DNA of 64,000 nt from Orbicella franksi (taxonomy: Eukaryota). Positions 12,901 through 27,182 of this stretch are shown piece after piece. Each line of letters opens with the position of its first letter. Within the stretch, counting starts at the first letter, position 1. The stretch is from assembly GCA_964199315.1 (NCBI GenBank), contig OZ116708.1, forward strand, positions 23,002,001-23,066,000, written 5' to 3'. The position numbers and the translations under genes are program-made. Below the pieces are notes generated by a model that was not told where the DNA came from, did no database searches, and was given only the letters and a program-made list of their open reading frames with translations.

Positions 12901-15900
12901 CCGTGATCGTGGCATTTTTCTAAACATTTTCAGTCTCGCGTGTAAAAACGTTTTTTTAACCAATCTCACTCGGGACCGTACTAAGAGAACATGGGACCTT
13001 ATTGCCAAGATTTATCAAGACCGCTGGGGTAGATATTCTAACAGTACAGCCCTCGCGCTCAGTGAATAAGATATATTCATCTTTCTTGAAGTCAAAGTTC
13101 ACATACTTTAGATAGCCGCGTCGATAAGCAAAGAAGCCAATGATGATGACAACAGCTAATATGGAAGCGGTAAGTCCAGCGATGAGGCCCTGGGACGAGC
13201 TTGAATCATCTGCACCCTGCTCACGGCCAGGACGGGTGGGAGCCTGGAGACGAAAGAGGAAAGATGCATAAATTACTACCAAGACTGAGGTACCTGAATA
13301 ATGTATTGAGAAATGATATTCCTCTCTTTTCCAGTCAATTCAAAGCGGCTAATTGACAGCCCAGCAATAAGTGAAAATTTTGGTGACATTTCATTAAAGT
13401 TAGCTCAGAACGTTTTTGATACTTGCTGTTAAATCAAACACTTCATTCATCAGTCTCTAAGTAGGAGTCAAGTTAGAGAGTTTAGTATATTGATATGGGC
13501 CTTTTCTGATATTTGACTAATTCAAAGCTACTTTTGGAAATAGATACGCGTGATTTAGTTCATTGAGAGTGCGGCAAAATAAAGAGATCTTATAAATGTC
13601 AAATGCAGATAAACTAAATTCTAAATAAACATTGTTTTCTGTGGTTTAATTTAGTGTTAAATAAATTTCAGAGAGGCCCATGACTGGTTCGTATATTCTG
13701 CAAAACGTTTAGCCAGCGGTTACAGCTGATAATGCAATAGACGTACTATCAGTCGAACGTCGGAGACCGTCGGTTGAACATCGTTGACTGTCGGTCGAAC
13801 ATCGGAGACTGTTGGTCGAATATCAAATCCGTTCGGCATTGCGGTGTAGACCACAGGCATGGAAAGTGAGGCACTGCGTACAAGTTTCAAATCAATTACC
13901 GTGTTTCCAGCCATGCCTGTTCCTTTGGATGGAAATAATTTCAAATTTCTTTCTCCTGGCTTTGTTGTAACTTTGGGTGGTAAAGTAGGTGCTAAACCTA
14001 AAATAAAAATATCAATGCCATCGATATATATCTAATCAGCGTAAAATGCAATATACCTTTTCACGATTTCTGACGCCATCTTGCTTGGGGCCAAACATGA
14101 CAAAAATCAAGGTAAATGTATTAGGAAAATGGAGAATCTAAGGTCTAAGAACTCACGGAAAATTCGAGTTCTGAAGTATTCGCGGGAAAATTAAAGACAT
14201 TTGTATGAAAAATTAAAAGTCCAATTCTTCCCTTACAGCAAACCTTTGTTCTTCAAATTTGGTTAAAAAATCTTCTGCTGGGTATCTTTTCCTTGTATAT
14301 GTAATTCATAAAATACTCAGAACATAAGTCAATAGTATTGGGCATCGAACTTTTTTTACTTTTTCCATACATTTACTGTAATTTTTGCTTTGTTTGCCCC
14401 CCAGGCAAGATAGTGTCAGAAACCGTGAAAAGGCCTATCACTCAATCTTTTTGCTTCGGGGGACGGGGGGGAGCGGGGGGGGCTCTATGCAAAAGGAACG
14501 AGGATAGTCGTTATCTCGTGTGGTTTTACACGTTCAAGACGAAACGCTATATCTAAGGGCTTTTACCTTTAAAATATCTTTTAAAGCTTTCAAGGTGATA
14601 GTTTATATCGATTAGGCATCTACAAATGTCTTCAAAGATACATAAGCATCGGATGACGTCTTAGATGTCTTCAAGGTCACTAAAGCTCCGAACGTTAATT
14701 TGTCTGTTTGTGTCGGGGTGATTTCTCCTAGGGTTCAAATAGAGCTTTAGTAACGCCCGGATTGTTCTCCTTTAGACGTTTACTAGAAACTCATTAAGTG
14801 AGCCTCTCAGCTTAAAACTACTTTAATACGGTCACCGCCGTTAAAAAGAGCAAAGATTAGTGGACTATAAGTGTTCGGATTAACAGGGCTTAGTACTCGA
14901 ACTTACATTTGATATTTCCCACATATTTAAACAGCATCCAACGGTTAACAGGACCATTGCAAACCACTCCGAGCTTGATGATTCGTCCCTCTAACAATTT
15001 GGTGTTTGTTGCGCCGCCGTTAACCTGCAACGTGTAACAAGAGAGGAAGGTTGTCGCTATGCAAACCCTGAAGATTATGCAAATGACATTAGAAAAGAAT
15101 TTACACGTGTTCTACCCTATCACCCTACTCGACCCAACGAGTAAGTCGGGCTTGATCTAGTTGTCTGCGGCCCCATACCCCACTAGGGGCAATAAGGATT
15201 GATAATGATGATGATGATGATGATCTAGCTGTCTGTTTCTATTTTCGCCTGGTCTTGGACTTGGTCCAGGCCAGAGTGATTCCCCATAACTTATTACCAT
15301 GTCGTGAATAACAATGCCCAGGGCAGAAAATTGCATTATGCTGGAATCAGGCCTCGTACCTCTCGGATCGAATGAAAACGACAATTTACAATGAGGTTAT
15401 GATTAAAGTTTGCTCAAATCCTAGGGTCGAAGGAAGCATACGTTACATTGGTCTCGGTGCTTAACTATACTATGGCATGGAACGACAAGGAATATAGTGT
15501 CATTTATGGGATCAGAGAAATCCATTGCAGGTTATCCCCCTCCCGGCCCTCCCCATCCCCCACGGACTTTTGTAAGGTTACCTTAACTATTCCAGTAAAA
15601 ACCCACGTGTAAGAAACTATAATTTATTTTTGAAGTTCTTGGTTTTTGTATTTTGGGGTAGTTATTGGCAAGTTAGGCTAAGTAGGTTGTTATTTAGGCT
15701 CTCAATTTCTATGAAGGACATATAGTTGTTGATTACTAGAAAAAGAAATAAACTTGGGTTTGGTCCTTGAATATGCAATATTTATTCACAACTGTATTAT
15801 GTATTTTCTTGTAATATAAATTTGCAATCTCAAAGTCACACTCCCTGGTTAAAATGTTTATCATAATTTAACTGTAACCCACATATAAGAAACTGCTTGA

Positions 15901-18900
15901 TCTTGCTTGACTAAACAGGTTCTTCTATTTTTGTATTTTTGTGTTTATATTTCTGTGGTAACTTCACAGATCATTTAAACCATTAGGTTCTTAGACTTAC
16001 TTAGGTTGTTACTCTAAAATCTAGTCTCACCCTAAGAAAATAAGGAGGAGAATCTCTAGGATCCCCATCAGGTACGATAGAAAACAGGTTCGTGTTGTTG
16101 AATGGAACTTCGGAACCATTACACCCAAAATGTCTTGAGGATCCCACATCAACTCGACAATTTTTCAGACTCGAAGGTAAAGACACTCTCTTGTAGTTGT
16201 TGATGTACACAAACCGTATCGGATAGTTCAGTCTCTCGGTCTCAAACAGGATATAGTGTGTTGGATTATACCCTATGGAATGAATGAAAATCATGCGTTG
16301 AAAAAATGTGTACCTCAAGGAGACTGATTTGGCTAGGCAAAATATACTACACCTTCTAAAAAATCATTCTGTGTTTCATCGGTCTCTGCTTTCATATTCT
16401 ACAACGTTCGCAACCAGTCAAGAACATTACAGTAGAATTTTCCGGAAGGAGAAACCTCCGGAGCCTCCTTTTGATATCTCCGGGTAAGCTATGGGAGGTG
16501 TTCCCTTACTAGGATTTTTAAACATAGAGTCCCCGTTATGGGTAGGGGAAGGAGGTCTGAGTATCCCTGATATCGTGTTAATTTTTGGTCGAAATATCCC
16601 GTACCCGGTAAACATCCTGCCCAATTTCAAAAGCTAACAATTTTCTTACTGGATATCCCGGAAAATCTGTTCTAAATATCCCTTATCCGATTAATGTTCC
16701 CCATGAAAATTCCGTATCCCGTAACATATTTACCTTAGGTTCTATAACCATTTCGTATCCAAAAAACCTAATAAGGCCTCAATACAGAGTAGTTCAGAAC
16801 AATGAGTTTTTGTCCTGCTATGTGAAGTGTCCTTTGAGGGGTTCGCTCCCATACTGAAGGCAAAAACTGTGGTACTAATGAATGGCCGTGCAGGACCGTT
16901 ATTCAGTATTCCATCATGGACCCCATATTGAAGGTCAGAAAAAATATGTATGGCATTTCTATGTGGTCAGAGGCATGATTCAGGCGCTTTATTGGACGTT
17001 TTCCTTGCATTCCTTATAGGACAAGACAAGACAAACGCAGTGTTCGTGAGACCAAGAACGAGACCATAACTAATCGAGCAGTATTGCATTCATTGAGGTA
17101 AGCACGTAGTTAATTGTATCCTAAAATACCTAAAGTGTTGTCCTGTACCAACGGAGGAGGATCTAGGGAACTCAAGTGGCAGATAATTGTCAATTTCATC
17201 CCCACCCAGTCCTTTCCCTCCTTGTGAAAAAGCAAGAAAAAGGTTTACTTCATTTCCCCATGTTTTTGAGCAAGACAGATTGCATCTTTCCTTAATTTTA
17301 GATCTCGTTTGTGAGCACCACTTGACTGACCACCGAACAATATTAAAGTAAAAATATGAAAAGCACGAAAATCTTAAATCTTTCGAACGAGATATCATCA
17401 CAAAGTGAATTTTTAAAAAAAAAAATTGAAAAGGCATTTCCGATCCAAGATTTAAAGGGGCCCGATGGTTCCTATTGAATATGCGTCAAGGATGCGAGGG
17501 AACTTTTGCTTGAGCAATAAATAAACTCATGAACTACAACTTTTGCTATCTTCGAAAGCATTTAGATATCTCTAAATCTTGGTAGTAGATTCTTCTAAAA
17601 TTCGATAAGAATATTGGTATAATGATGAATTTAGAAAACACTTATCGATCATTTGGCAGATAAAACCAAACACGTACAGTATGACTTGAGGCTATAGAAG
17701 TTTGGCTTTGTGTCCAAGCTTTGAGCTGGAGATCGAAGTACACTAACGTAATCATTTGAATATCTAGTAGTATATCAAAACCTCAAAGACTGACTCCAAT
17801 TTTATCATGGCAATGCCATACCATTCATTTAAAGTTGTTGGACTTTAACTTAGATGCAGGCTCTCCAAATTCAAAAGCCTTTAACTTCGATCGTTTAGAA
17901 AATAACATTTTTAAAATAACTCCGCTTCTTCTTTAGCACAATAAGACACACCCAGTCTACTTCTGTGTATCGGTTTAATGAAAGCTCAGATTGCTGATTA
18001 GTTCTTCTGGTATCATCTGCGTTAATCTTCAAACAAGAGCCGGTTTCTTTTGAAAAATTCATGCTAATGAGATTGATGATCCCACGCAAATTAATTAATT
18101 AATTAATTAATTTAAAATCTCGAAGTCTAAATTGAAAACTGAGGACCTTTTTTAAATGTTTCGTGAACCTTTAGCTAACATAGTTAAAGGATTTATGAGA
18201 ATCACCGTTTTCTCCCAGTTCTTTACGAGAAACTGAAATAGAACTTCGTTTAATCTGGCCATCACAGGGCCACCAAACATGACAAAAACTAGTCAGTCAT
18301 ATTTAGGGCGTAAGAGTTCTTAACACAACAATTGGCTGGCCATTTCTCTTAGCTAAATGGAAAGAAGCTGGGCTTCAACGAGGGGTTGAACGATATTATA
18401 AATTTTAACAAGTTTCCATGATTTAATTTACAAGATCTAATTGATTTGATGTAACAATATCGACCTTCTTGCGTGAAATCGCTCCGATAAAAATCCAAAG
18501 AATCCAAACAAGCTAAAACTGTTTTCCTGGGGAACAAAGCTATGTTTTGAGATAATCTTATGGTTTAAGTAAGAATTAAGTATATTAAAACTCCGATGAA
18601 CTATTAATACACCTGTCATTTACTAACCAAACAGTTGACGAGCCTGGAAGTTGTTTACGCATCTCCAATCACTCCTGTCGAACATGAAAGTGGCTGCACC
18701 GTAAGGGCATGAACAGTGGCATGCACTCTCTCTATGGGCGTTGAAATGAGCACAGTTCATTCCCCCTTGGTTGCACAATGAGGGAGGGATCTTGAACGAG
18801 TCTCTCCCGAACACCCATCCATCCTCCCCAAACGGTCTTGGTCTGAAAATCTCGAAATCCTCTGATATAGTGATAGGCGTCAAGTAAATCAGAATTGTTA

Positions 18901-18928
18901 CGGTAAATTCGATCTTCAATACGTCCAT
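9942..18928 (-). CDS. Receptor paralog B, about 840 aa, type I membrane protein with six tandem Tyr-motif repeats in the tail
   Basis: Exons 18928-18628, 16272-16031, 15024-14907, 13997-13747, 13243-13107 (TM GLIAGLTASILAVVIIIGFFAY then RR), 12027-11979, 11889-11814, 11290-9942. Sum is 2523 nt = 841 codons including the stop. All junctions are GT-AG, and exons 1 and 5 are clearly similar to gene A. Confidence 0.85.
10090..11170 (-). repeat. Coding tandem repeat, six units (mostly 177 bp / 59 aa; 165-bp and longer variants) in the gene B tail
   Basis: ggatctttatagacagc recurs at about 10219, 10396, 10573 and 10750 (177-bp spacing). The protein has six Y[KR]DPD and six PVYN motifs. Confidence 0.95.
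13750..13822 (-). repeat. 21-bp coding repeat (x[RQ]PTV[SN]D) in the gene B stalk
   Basis: IRPTVSDVRPTVNDVQPTVSDVR; related PTVSD/PTVPD units occur in the gene A stalk (2109-2420). Confidence 0.8.
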
Positions 18929-19996
18929 TTTGCGTAAATATCAGCCTCACTAGCAAAGAATACCGTCTTGGAAAAAAGTCAGTTATCGCGTCCCTTCATC
19001 GTTGCACAAACGTCTTCTCACAAGAAACTGAAATTCAGTCCTCGATGCGTTCAAATATGTTTCTGCTTTCGATTGTTTTCATTGCACTTCGAGAACTGTC
19101 TGTTTTTATCGTACCTTGTAAGTCATTGAAGCCAATATGGGCATTTCCTCATAGCTACCAGCCAATATAACTCGTAAACACAAGATCTAACTCCCTTTTT
19201 AGGTAAAGAGCTATTCAATCAATTCACTTTTCCAAGTGTTTTTTCGTATTGTTTGCTGGTTGGGTGCATATTGCAGCAAATACTCCACCTGTTATTGCAA
19301 GGCTTTTTATTTTTATGGAATTTGAATCACTCACTGATGAGCTTCGAAGAAAACTGAGCACACTAATACACCCAGTGACAGATAATGAATTCAGTCTAGC
19401 GTCTTAAATGCACCACGCTTGCTGGTTTACCTCTATAACCACAGACGCAAACACACATGGGCGTCACGTAATTAAGAAAGAAAACATATCCAAGCGTGGG
19501 AAAAATCGCTCGATTCAAACCAAGAGTTCTGTATATGACGTCAACAGCTGAAGGGCTCTTCCCAAATCAACCGACCAATCACTTGACTTGTTCCTGTCCT
19601 CTCTTACAACTGACTGATGGGCAACCCTTACAACTGTTTCATCAGTAAGAAACGTCTGGGTACCCATCTTGTCTGCGATGGTGCTTACCACTTCGCTCCA
19701 CTTTATCCTGATGGTCTCAATGGGGCTAACTGGTTAACCACAAAACAGGACAAACATTTAGTCGTTAGGCGTAAAAAATGTTTAGCCACGAAAGTGAAAG
19801 TCTCAAGATCTCTTGTCAAACTTTTTGTGTATTGTCTTTTGGTTTGGTAGTAAAAGAAGAGTCTGGAGTCTTTCACATACTCGTCGACTGCACTCCAATT
19901 CTGAAAACACAACTACGAGATCATTTCTTCACCGCACATTTACTTATTAAAGTTAGAAACTATTTACAGTCTCTTTATCAGCTATAAAAGCAGCAA

Positions 19997-20120
19997 GTCT
20001 CGTCTAAACACTAGGAGGCCGGGATTCGGAGAATTCGAGACAGTTATGCAAACTCGAAACGCAATCGTGAGTTTGCATAACTTTCGAGAATTCTCCTAAC
20101 CCCGAGTGTTTAGATGAGGC
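19997..20120. mobile_element. Palindromic foldback repeat
   Basis: Nested inverted arms tctaaacact/agtgtttaga and gttatgcaaactc/gagtttgcataac. Confidence 0.65.
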
Positions 20121-21142
20121 TAGGTAAACACGCAAAAAGTCCTTTCTTGCTTTTATATAAAATATTTCTCAGAAATGCGCGCAAATCTAAAACGTCACAA
20201 CCGTGTTTACATACTCTCATCTAAACACAACTATCGACCAATGAGCGCTCGCGTAGTATCTCATTTATTTTATAATAAGCAATTACCTACAATCTTTGTA
20301 ACTATTTATTAGCTACATGTATTCACTATCTGTTTACAGTTTTTTCCATCTGTTTATTGTCTCAGTGTTTAACACAGTAGTCATCTCGCACTTGTTGTCG
20401 ATTAACTTACTCATCGCTGAACTAAATATAGATATCTTAAATAAAAAACACCACATTTGCAAACACGATGTAACGACCAGGAGTACGATATTTCCCATAC
20501 TTCTGAACTACTTTACAAATTTGTTCGTTCCTTTTGTTTTTCATGGTTTGTTTGTTTGTTTGTTTGTTTGTTTGTTTAATGGCTTGCTCGTTTCTTTTTG
20601 GGTGACCAAAAAGCAAACAAGGGTTAAATAAATTAAGTACCTTAAATTATTTTCTTCAATTTTGCCCATCCATTTCTGCTTTTGTCTTCCCTATGTTTCC
20701 TTAGAGTTCTTCACAGTTTCAAGTTGTTATTGCCATTTTCCAGTTGATTTTATAAGCAGTCGGTAAAAGCTGAAATTGCTTAAAATTGGCTGACCTAGTC
20801 CCTTACAGAAATATATATTTACTATTATACATGTAGGTATCACCTAATTCTCATACCTAACATACAAAGAAATGTATGGTATAAGTAAGAAGAGTTCATA
20901 TCTGGATTTTCGGGATAACAAAACCCTCGCCTCCTTCTACAGCCTACGTAGCAGGGGTACATGTATAAAAGCACGCGGCGAATGAGTGCGAAACAATAAG
21001 GAGCAGGAGGAAGGGATGAGGCAAAAAGATTCCTTTTTTTCCACCCCCTGCCCTCTCCTCGTTTATTGCTCACCCGTCCCCGCTTAGCCCTAGTTTTTGC
21101 TCACCCCAGGTGCGCTCGTTCGCTCGCTCGAGTCTCCTTTTC

Positions 21143-24100
21143 TTAAGCAACTGCGTACAAAAATGTGTTACTGTTATTATCCTGTTGCTTGGTATTGTAC
21201 AATGTGTCATTAGCCGTTTCTTCTGTCTTTTCCGGTTCAGGCCCCTCCAGGACGTTATACACAGGGTCTTTTTCAATGCTAGAACAAGCCTTTTCAGTGT
21301 CTCTCGCGCCCTTTGGTAAAGGCTCCCCCAAAACGTTGTACACGGGAGTTTCTTTGTGACTAGGATCAGAGCTGTTGGGTTCATCCTCGGTTACTGTGTC
21401 AAAGACCTCAATCAGGTTATACACACGTTGTTCCACGCTCAAAGGAACATGATTCTGTTTTACTACATTGGAAGCATAATCATAAGGGCTGTCTGAGGTG
21501 TTAGTATTTAGGTCCTCCATCATGTTATAAACACCTTGTTCCACGCTTAAGGGACCAATGTTACGGGACCTTTCTGACGAAGCAGGATCGACATATTCAT
21601 AAGAGCTCTCTGAGATGTCAGTATTTAGGACCTCAACCATGTTATAGACACGTTGTTCTACACTTAAAGGACCAACATCGCGGGACCTTTCTGACGAAGC
21701 AGGATCGACATATTCATAAGAGCTCCCTGAGGTGTCAGTATTTTGACCCTCAATCATGTTAGACACACGTTGTTCTACGCTCAAAGGAACATGGTCGTTG
21801 TTCCGTTCATCGGAACCATGATCACAAGGGCTGTCTGAGGTGTTAGTATTTAGGACCTCCATCATATTATACACATGTTGTTCCACACTGAAGGGACGAA
21901 AGTCGCGGGACCTTTCTGACGAAGCGGGATCGACATATTCTCCTGGTTTGCCACTGCATTCTGAACATAATTCGTCCACGGTACTGTAAAATGGTTCCTC
22001 TCTGTCGAGACCGTTATTATCAAGTCCTTCAGAGGTACTGGGTGCGCGAGGGGAACGCAAATGAGCCCTTTCGTCTTCAGATCCACCGCCGTTAGGGACG
22101 TCGTAATTTGAACTGTATATTGCTAAACAAGAAGAACAAATGTGAAAACTATTGTATTTGACTAAATTAAAACTTACAGTACAACCTCGTTTCCAAGGCC
22201 AATTTTAAAGGGAAAAGCCCGGAAATGAGGTTGTTTACAATACTACAACAGCCTTCCCTCCCCCTCCCCTCCATCTTCCTTACCCCACCCCGTCGAAAAA
22301 TTTAAATGACAAACCAATGACTATGACCTAATCAGACTGCAATATAGCCTGTCATACAGGAGTATTTTGACGAGCGAGTGCATTTGTTAGCAGGTGAGGT
22401 CCATCCTGGATTCAGAAAACAGAGGAGGCTTGAAGTGAGAGGAAAAAACCCTCTTAGGAAGTAGGAGTGAGGCTTAATGTCGAGCGACAAGGGAGGAGCA
22501 GAGGTCTCCAAGATGGCTGTCAGGTAAGCGAACAACTTCATCTAACTTTCAACCGCATGGTAAAGGCCTACGCATTGGACTGTTATGATTCCATTTACTT
22601 TTGGTAGTTCAAGGAAGGGCGTTTATCGGAGATAGGGTGCTAATTAGGGATGGGACGTTTGTATCTTTTTGAACACATACATTTGAATGGGGTACAACAC
22701 TATGCAGTGTAACACTATGACACAAAACAACAACAGATACTTTCCCTCAACAACTGTACGTAATAATAGGGTCTTTGATAGTCATAATGTTCAATAATAC
22801 GTTCAGATTATAAAGCAGACATTCGTCTAGTCAGTCTACTCTACGTCAATGTCTTGAATGTTAGTTTTGCGATGGGGGGGGACAATTATTGGGATGGAAT
22901 GCATATTGGAATAGGGGCGCTTACAAAAAAAAAAGCTGCACTCAAGAAAAAGAGCTTATTAGAAAGGGGGCGTTTCGGATCATTACCGGGTATGTGTCAA
23001 ATGCTGCATGTTTGTGATGTTACACGAAAGAATCACACTTACCGGATCTATAGGTACTGAGTGTCTCGTAGCCCTCATTTTGATCACGAGGCTGGGATCC
23101 TGAGTCTGATTGAGAACTTTGAACTTCAGAGATGGTGCGAGGATGTTTTCTGCGAGGAAAAGCCACAAAGTTTGTTTGTTGGTTGTTTTTTTTTTTTAAA
23201 AAAAAAAGAGCAGTTGTGCTTTGTTAAAGCATAACTATTCCCAAAACGTTTTGAAAATTTGTTTAGCAAGTATGGATCTGAGTCCCCAAAGGGATTCGAA
23301 GCCATAACCTCACAGACATGGGTCGCATTATTGTACCCTTATTGTACTGAGCTGAAGGAATCTTTCATGGGGGGAGAAGCAGCGTAAATGAGGTAGATGC
23401 ACATACGCTGATATTGAGAAAAATGTCCCAAATATTTGCGACAAAGGTGTAGATGTATATCAAAGTATAGTTACCTCGCACTGTGCCTTTGGTAAATTAT
23501 GATTCCAACCAAGAGAACAATAAGAATAATACCGACTGTTACTCCCACAGTAACACCCAGAGATGCCGGGCCGCCGTCATCGGCAATGCTTTGGTCAGCA
23601 GCTACATTTGGAGGAGTAAAAACCTGCAAGGAGAAAAATTAAAAGATCGGCATTCGCTTTTAAGATGATACAGTAAATCAGGGTAAAAAAAAAGTTACTG
23701 GAATTTTGCCAGTTTTGGCAGGTGACAACTGAAAAGAGAATTAAAATAATCGAGAGCCAGAAACGAGAGAGAAACCTTAAAGATTATTTGCATTTTTTAG
23801 TACACAAAACAGACGGGCCAAATATCCGCGTTACACAAATAAATAACTTATATTTGCCTCAAGGTGAAGCAAATTGTTACTGTTTTACTTATCGTTTCAA
23901 ACAACTGAAATGAAAAGTCGACATTTAAGATGATGGTCGCTTGGCCATCTCCTGTCAACATTAAAAAACCACGAGATAAGGAACAAATGTTACCCCTTTG
24001 GTTGTTTATTTACTAACATTTCAAAACGTGGTATGAGATATCAGAGTTTAAGGTCATATCTTTCTTGACAACGCAGGATTTTAAAAAAATGATAACACGT

Positions 24101-27100
24101 GGAATTACTGACTCTAAATCAAGTTTATTTTCTTGCTTGCATTGCTATGTTAACAAAAGGTACCTGAGTTGGATTCATTCCCAGGCCTGCCTCTGGTAGA
24201 GCAGATTTTAACACCATGTCGACCACTGTTGTTGTTGTTGTTGTTGGTGGTTGCGTTACTGTCATAGGGCCTATGTATTAAAGTAGCAATACCATCAAAT
24301 CTCTAAATTATGATTGGATAACCGATACTTTATGGAAGGGCATCACAGTTTCTATAAATGGCCAAGAGAGACTTTCCGTATATGACGAAGTGCGAATTTA
24401 AGTTTCCATGTTTGGCGACTGTTACTCTCTGAAAACAAGATGCCGGACGTTACTATATTGTGCGGATAAGAGTTAACGTTTTGGTCGTTACAGGCTCAAG
24501 ATGGCGCTGCCAAGAGGTCTGTGAATAGCTAAGCTAACTGGATTGTTGTCAGTTTCACTGGTAAGGTATTTTTCTTGAATTATAAAAGTGCTAAGTTAAA
24601 AGCTTATGTGATTGTAAGTAACATTTTAATTTGCCTTAATACCCTTGGTATGGTGAATGGTGTTGAAAGTTCCTCTCAGTTCGCGTTATTATTTTCCAAT
24701 GTCGCTACAGTAAATATAATGGTACCACTTGCGTTAAAATTATAGCGGAATTTTAAGGCGTGAATGCACAGCAGTTTTTACGTGCAACCATGGTAAAAAC
24801 TTACAGCTGGTTGTTCCTTTCAACTTGAACAACAGGCAGTAGTTTTGATTGGTTTGTTGACCCTCCGGGCTGCAACTTATTCCCAGGTTGATAATTCTTC
24901 CTGCGAGTGGGCTGTTTGTGGGAAGATCGTCAACCTAGTTTGAAACATGACAAAACATTAATATGAATAATAATAAATTATAAATTATAATAAATTAATA
25001 CTTTAAGAGGAGGCCTCCAATTACCTAGAGGTGGTTTCAGGAGGATCCTCCAAAATTTAAAACTATACATTAAATGTCTAAAATACAGAAAGTAGTAAAA
25101 GCTAAAAGCTTAAGATACAGCTAAGGTTTTTGGGTTTTGGATAGTCTTAAACACGAAGGGGCTTATATCCGAGGGGGCTTTTAAGCGGAATAAAAAAAAA
25201 CCGTTTTTCAATAAGCTACAGCAGTGCTGATCGAAATAAATTCTTCATTGAATTTTAAAGTTCTAAAACATCATTATAGATTCATTTCATTTTAAACTAA
25301 AAGAGGCCTTTATCCGGGGACTTACAGGTAGAGTGACCTGTAACTGTGGAGGGGGGGGGAGGGTTATAAGCGCTAGTTTACGGCGGTATAGACAGAAAAA
25401 AATGCCAGACGAAAACGTGTCGTCGATCGGTATGCACCTCAGACGCAGTCATCAGACCCAGCCCACGTTAAATGTTCTGATAAAACTTTCCCTAAACGGA
25501 GCAAACAACACTTATTGTAATAATTACTGAGTCAAAAACTACGACTTTTTCCACACATTTTGCTTGTTTTTACCTCAAGCTCATTATTGCGAGGGTCTTC
25601 TTCAATATCAAACGTGTTTTCCATTGATGCAACTGTGTCTTTATTTCCATCGCAGTCCATGTACCATGAAGAAATCGTGTTTATTTTACAGTTACTTCCC
25701 GTCAAATCTAATTTTTTCTTGTTACCACTTCCCAGCAAGCTCAGCTTATCGTCATCTCTCTCCTTATCAAAGAAAGTTGGCTGGCTACACCCTGAAAAAT
25801 TTTTCAAAAAAATGAATGTTATTAAGTCGGAATCCACCAGAAGTTCGAGTAACAAGTGAACAAAAACTTTATACCAAGATTATTTACATTGTATTGCAAA
25901 CTTCTGTACGACTATTTTAAATATTTCGATCTCAAAAAATTTCATTTCTAACAACACCAAACGTCGAAAACAAATTTTGAACTTCGTATGAAACACTTGA
26001 AAGTACTAGTGAAATGGAACTGATGATCAAATTTTACCTGTGTTTGCACAATTTCTTTTCTCGCGTTCCCATGGGGAAATTGTTTTCGGTATTTAAGAAA
26101 ATGAAAACAGGACTATAAAATACTTAAAATTATTTTGGTGCAAGGTTTTTGGCCATTAAAACTGAAATTGCTCCATTTCCTGTTAGATTTCGCCTTAAAC
26201 ATTTTGAAGGCGCCATTTTCTTCCTTGAATTTTTGATATTGGGTTATGTTTGTCTAACACGTCATTGGTAGAAAACAAAACAAAGGCTGACACGAAAACA
26301 AGTCAAATGTCTTCACGTATGTTCATGTTTACAAAAAGTAAATTTAAGGGAAAAAACTTTTGCTGAGGTAGTATTCACTCGATTCTCTTGATCCCCTTCC
26401 GTTCCCTCACGTTTCAGCTCTCGTGAGAGCCACTGGTAGCACTCTTAATCTCAATATGTATTAATTGGATAATATTTGTTAGAAATGAAAAATATACGTC
26501 ATTACGACAGCGAGCTACTAATCTTCTTAATCTTATTAATACTTTGAAAGATATCACGATATCGTAAAGAGAAGAAACACATAAAAAGGAACTAGAGTAG
26601 AACTATAACATCGCTATCTTATACATTTTTCTAAGTTGTAAAGCATGTTAGAGAAACATTAAGCCCGCAGTTATGTTACTGAATGAAATCCGGCTTAGAC
26701 ACAAAATTAAAACATGCTTCAAATCGTCAACTTTTGCCAGCGAAGGTAATTCTGTGAGCCCTTATCAAGCTTTGAGAGCTACTGAATTAAAACAAGCTTG
26801 CTCATCTGTGATTGGAACTGTTACAAATTTCAGGTAGCTTAAACTAAAAAGATAAATTAGATGGCTGATAGCCTTAATAGCAGAGCTTACCAAAATGCGT
26901 TCTTGTATCTTCATCTCTAAGGCAAGACCAAGACTGCTTGTAAACCGAAAAGGTCGCTTGCTTGTCACGGCAGACACATTCACATCGTTTACCATTCGCT
27001 GCAGTGGCATTATATTCACCGCAGTAATCGAAAGCATTGTTGTCTTCGTCACATTTCGTTGGCGGAATCGTAAAAGAATCCCACGGTGTTCCCCTGACGA

Positions 27101-27182
27101 TTTGAAAATTCTCCGAAGAACAGACCTCGGTCAGAAGTAGACAAAACAGCGCTATGGATTGCTTCAAAAGCAAAATCTTCAT
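21143..27182 (-). CDS. Receptor paralog C, about 660 aa, type I membrane protein with Tyr-motif repeats in the tail
   Basis: Exons 27182-26891 (MKILLLKQSIALFCLLLTEVCSS signal), 25791-25574, 24934-24805 (GRIINLGISC...CLLFKLKG), 24270-24164, 23623-23475 (TM LGVTVGVTVGIILIVLLVGIIIY), 23149-23043, 22122-21143. Sum is 1983 nt = 661 codons, with the same intron phases. Confidence 0.88.
21400..21945 (-). repeat. Coding tandem repeat in the gene C tail, mixed 117-bp (39 aa) and 108-bp (36 aa) units
   Basis: gatcgacatattc recurs at about 21586, 21703 and 21928 (spacings 117 and 225). The protein has EYVDPASSERSR x3 and SVEQxV[YS]N x5. Confidence 0.92.

Noticed and set aside
15157-15384. His-run ORF
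   Set aside because: It is an intronic (CAT)n microsatellite, probably a retroelement end, and does not fit the gene B frame.
19617-19987. Overlapping short ORFs upstream of gene B
   Set aside because: They have no family motif and every frame closes quickly, so they are UTR or intergenic at best.
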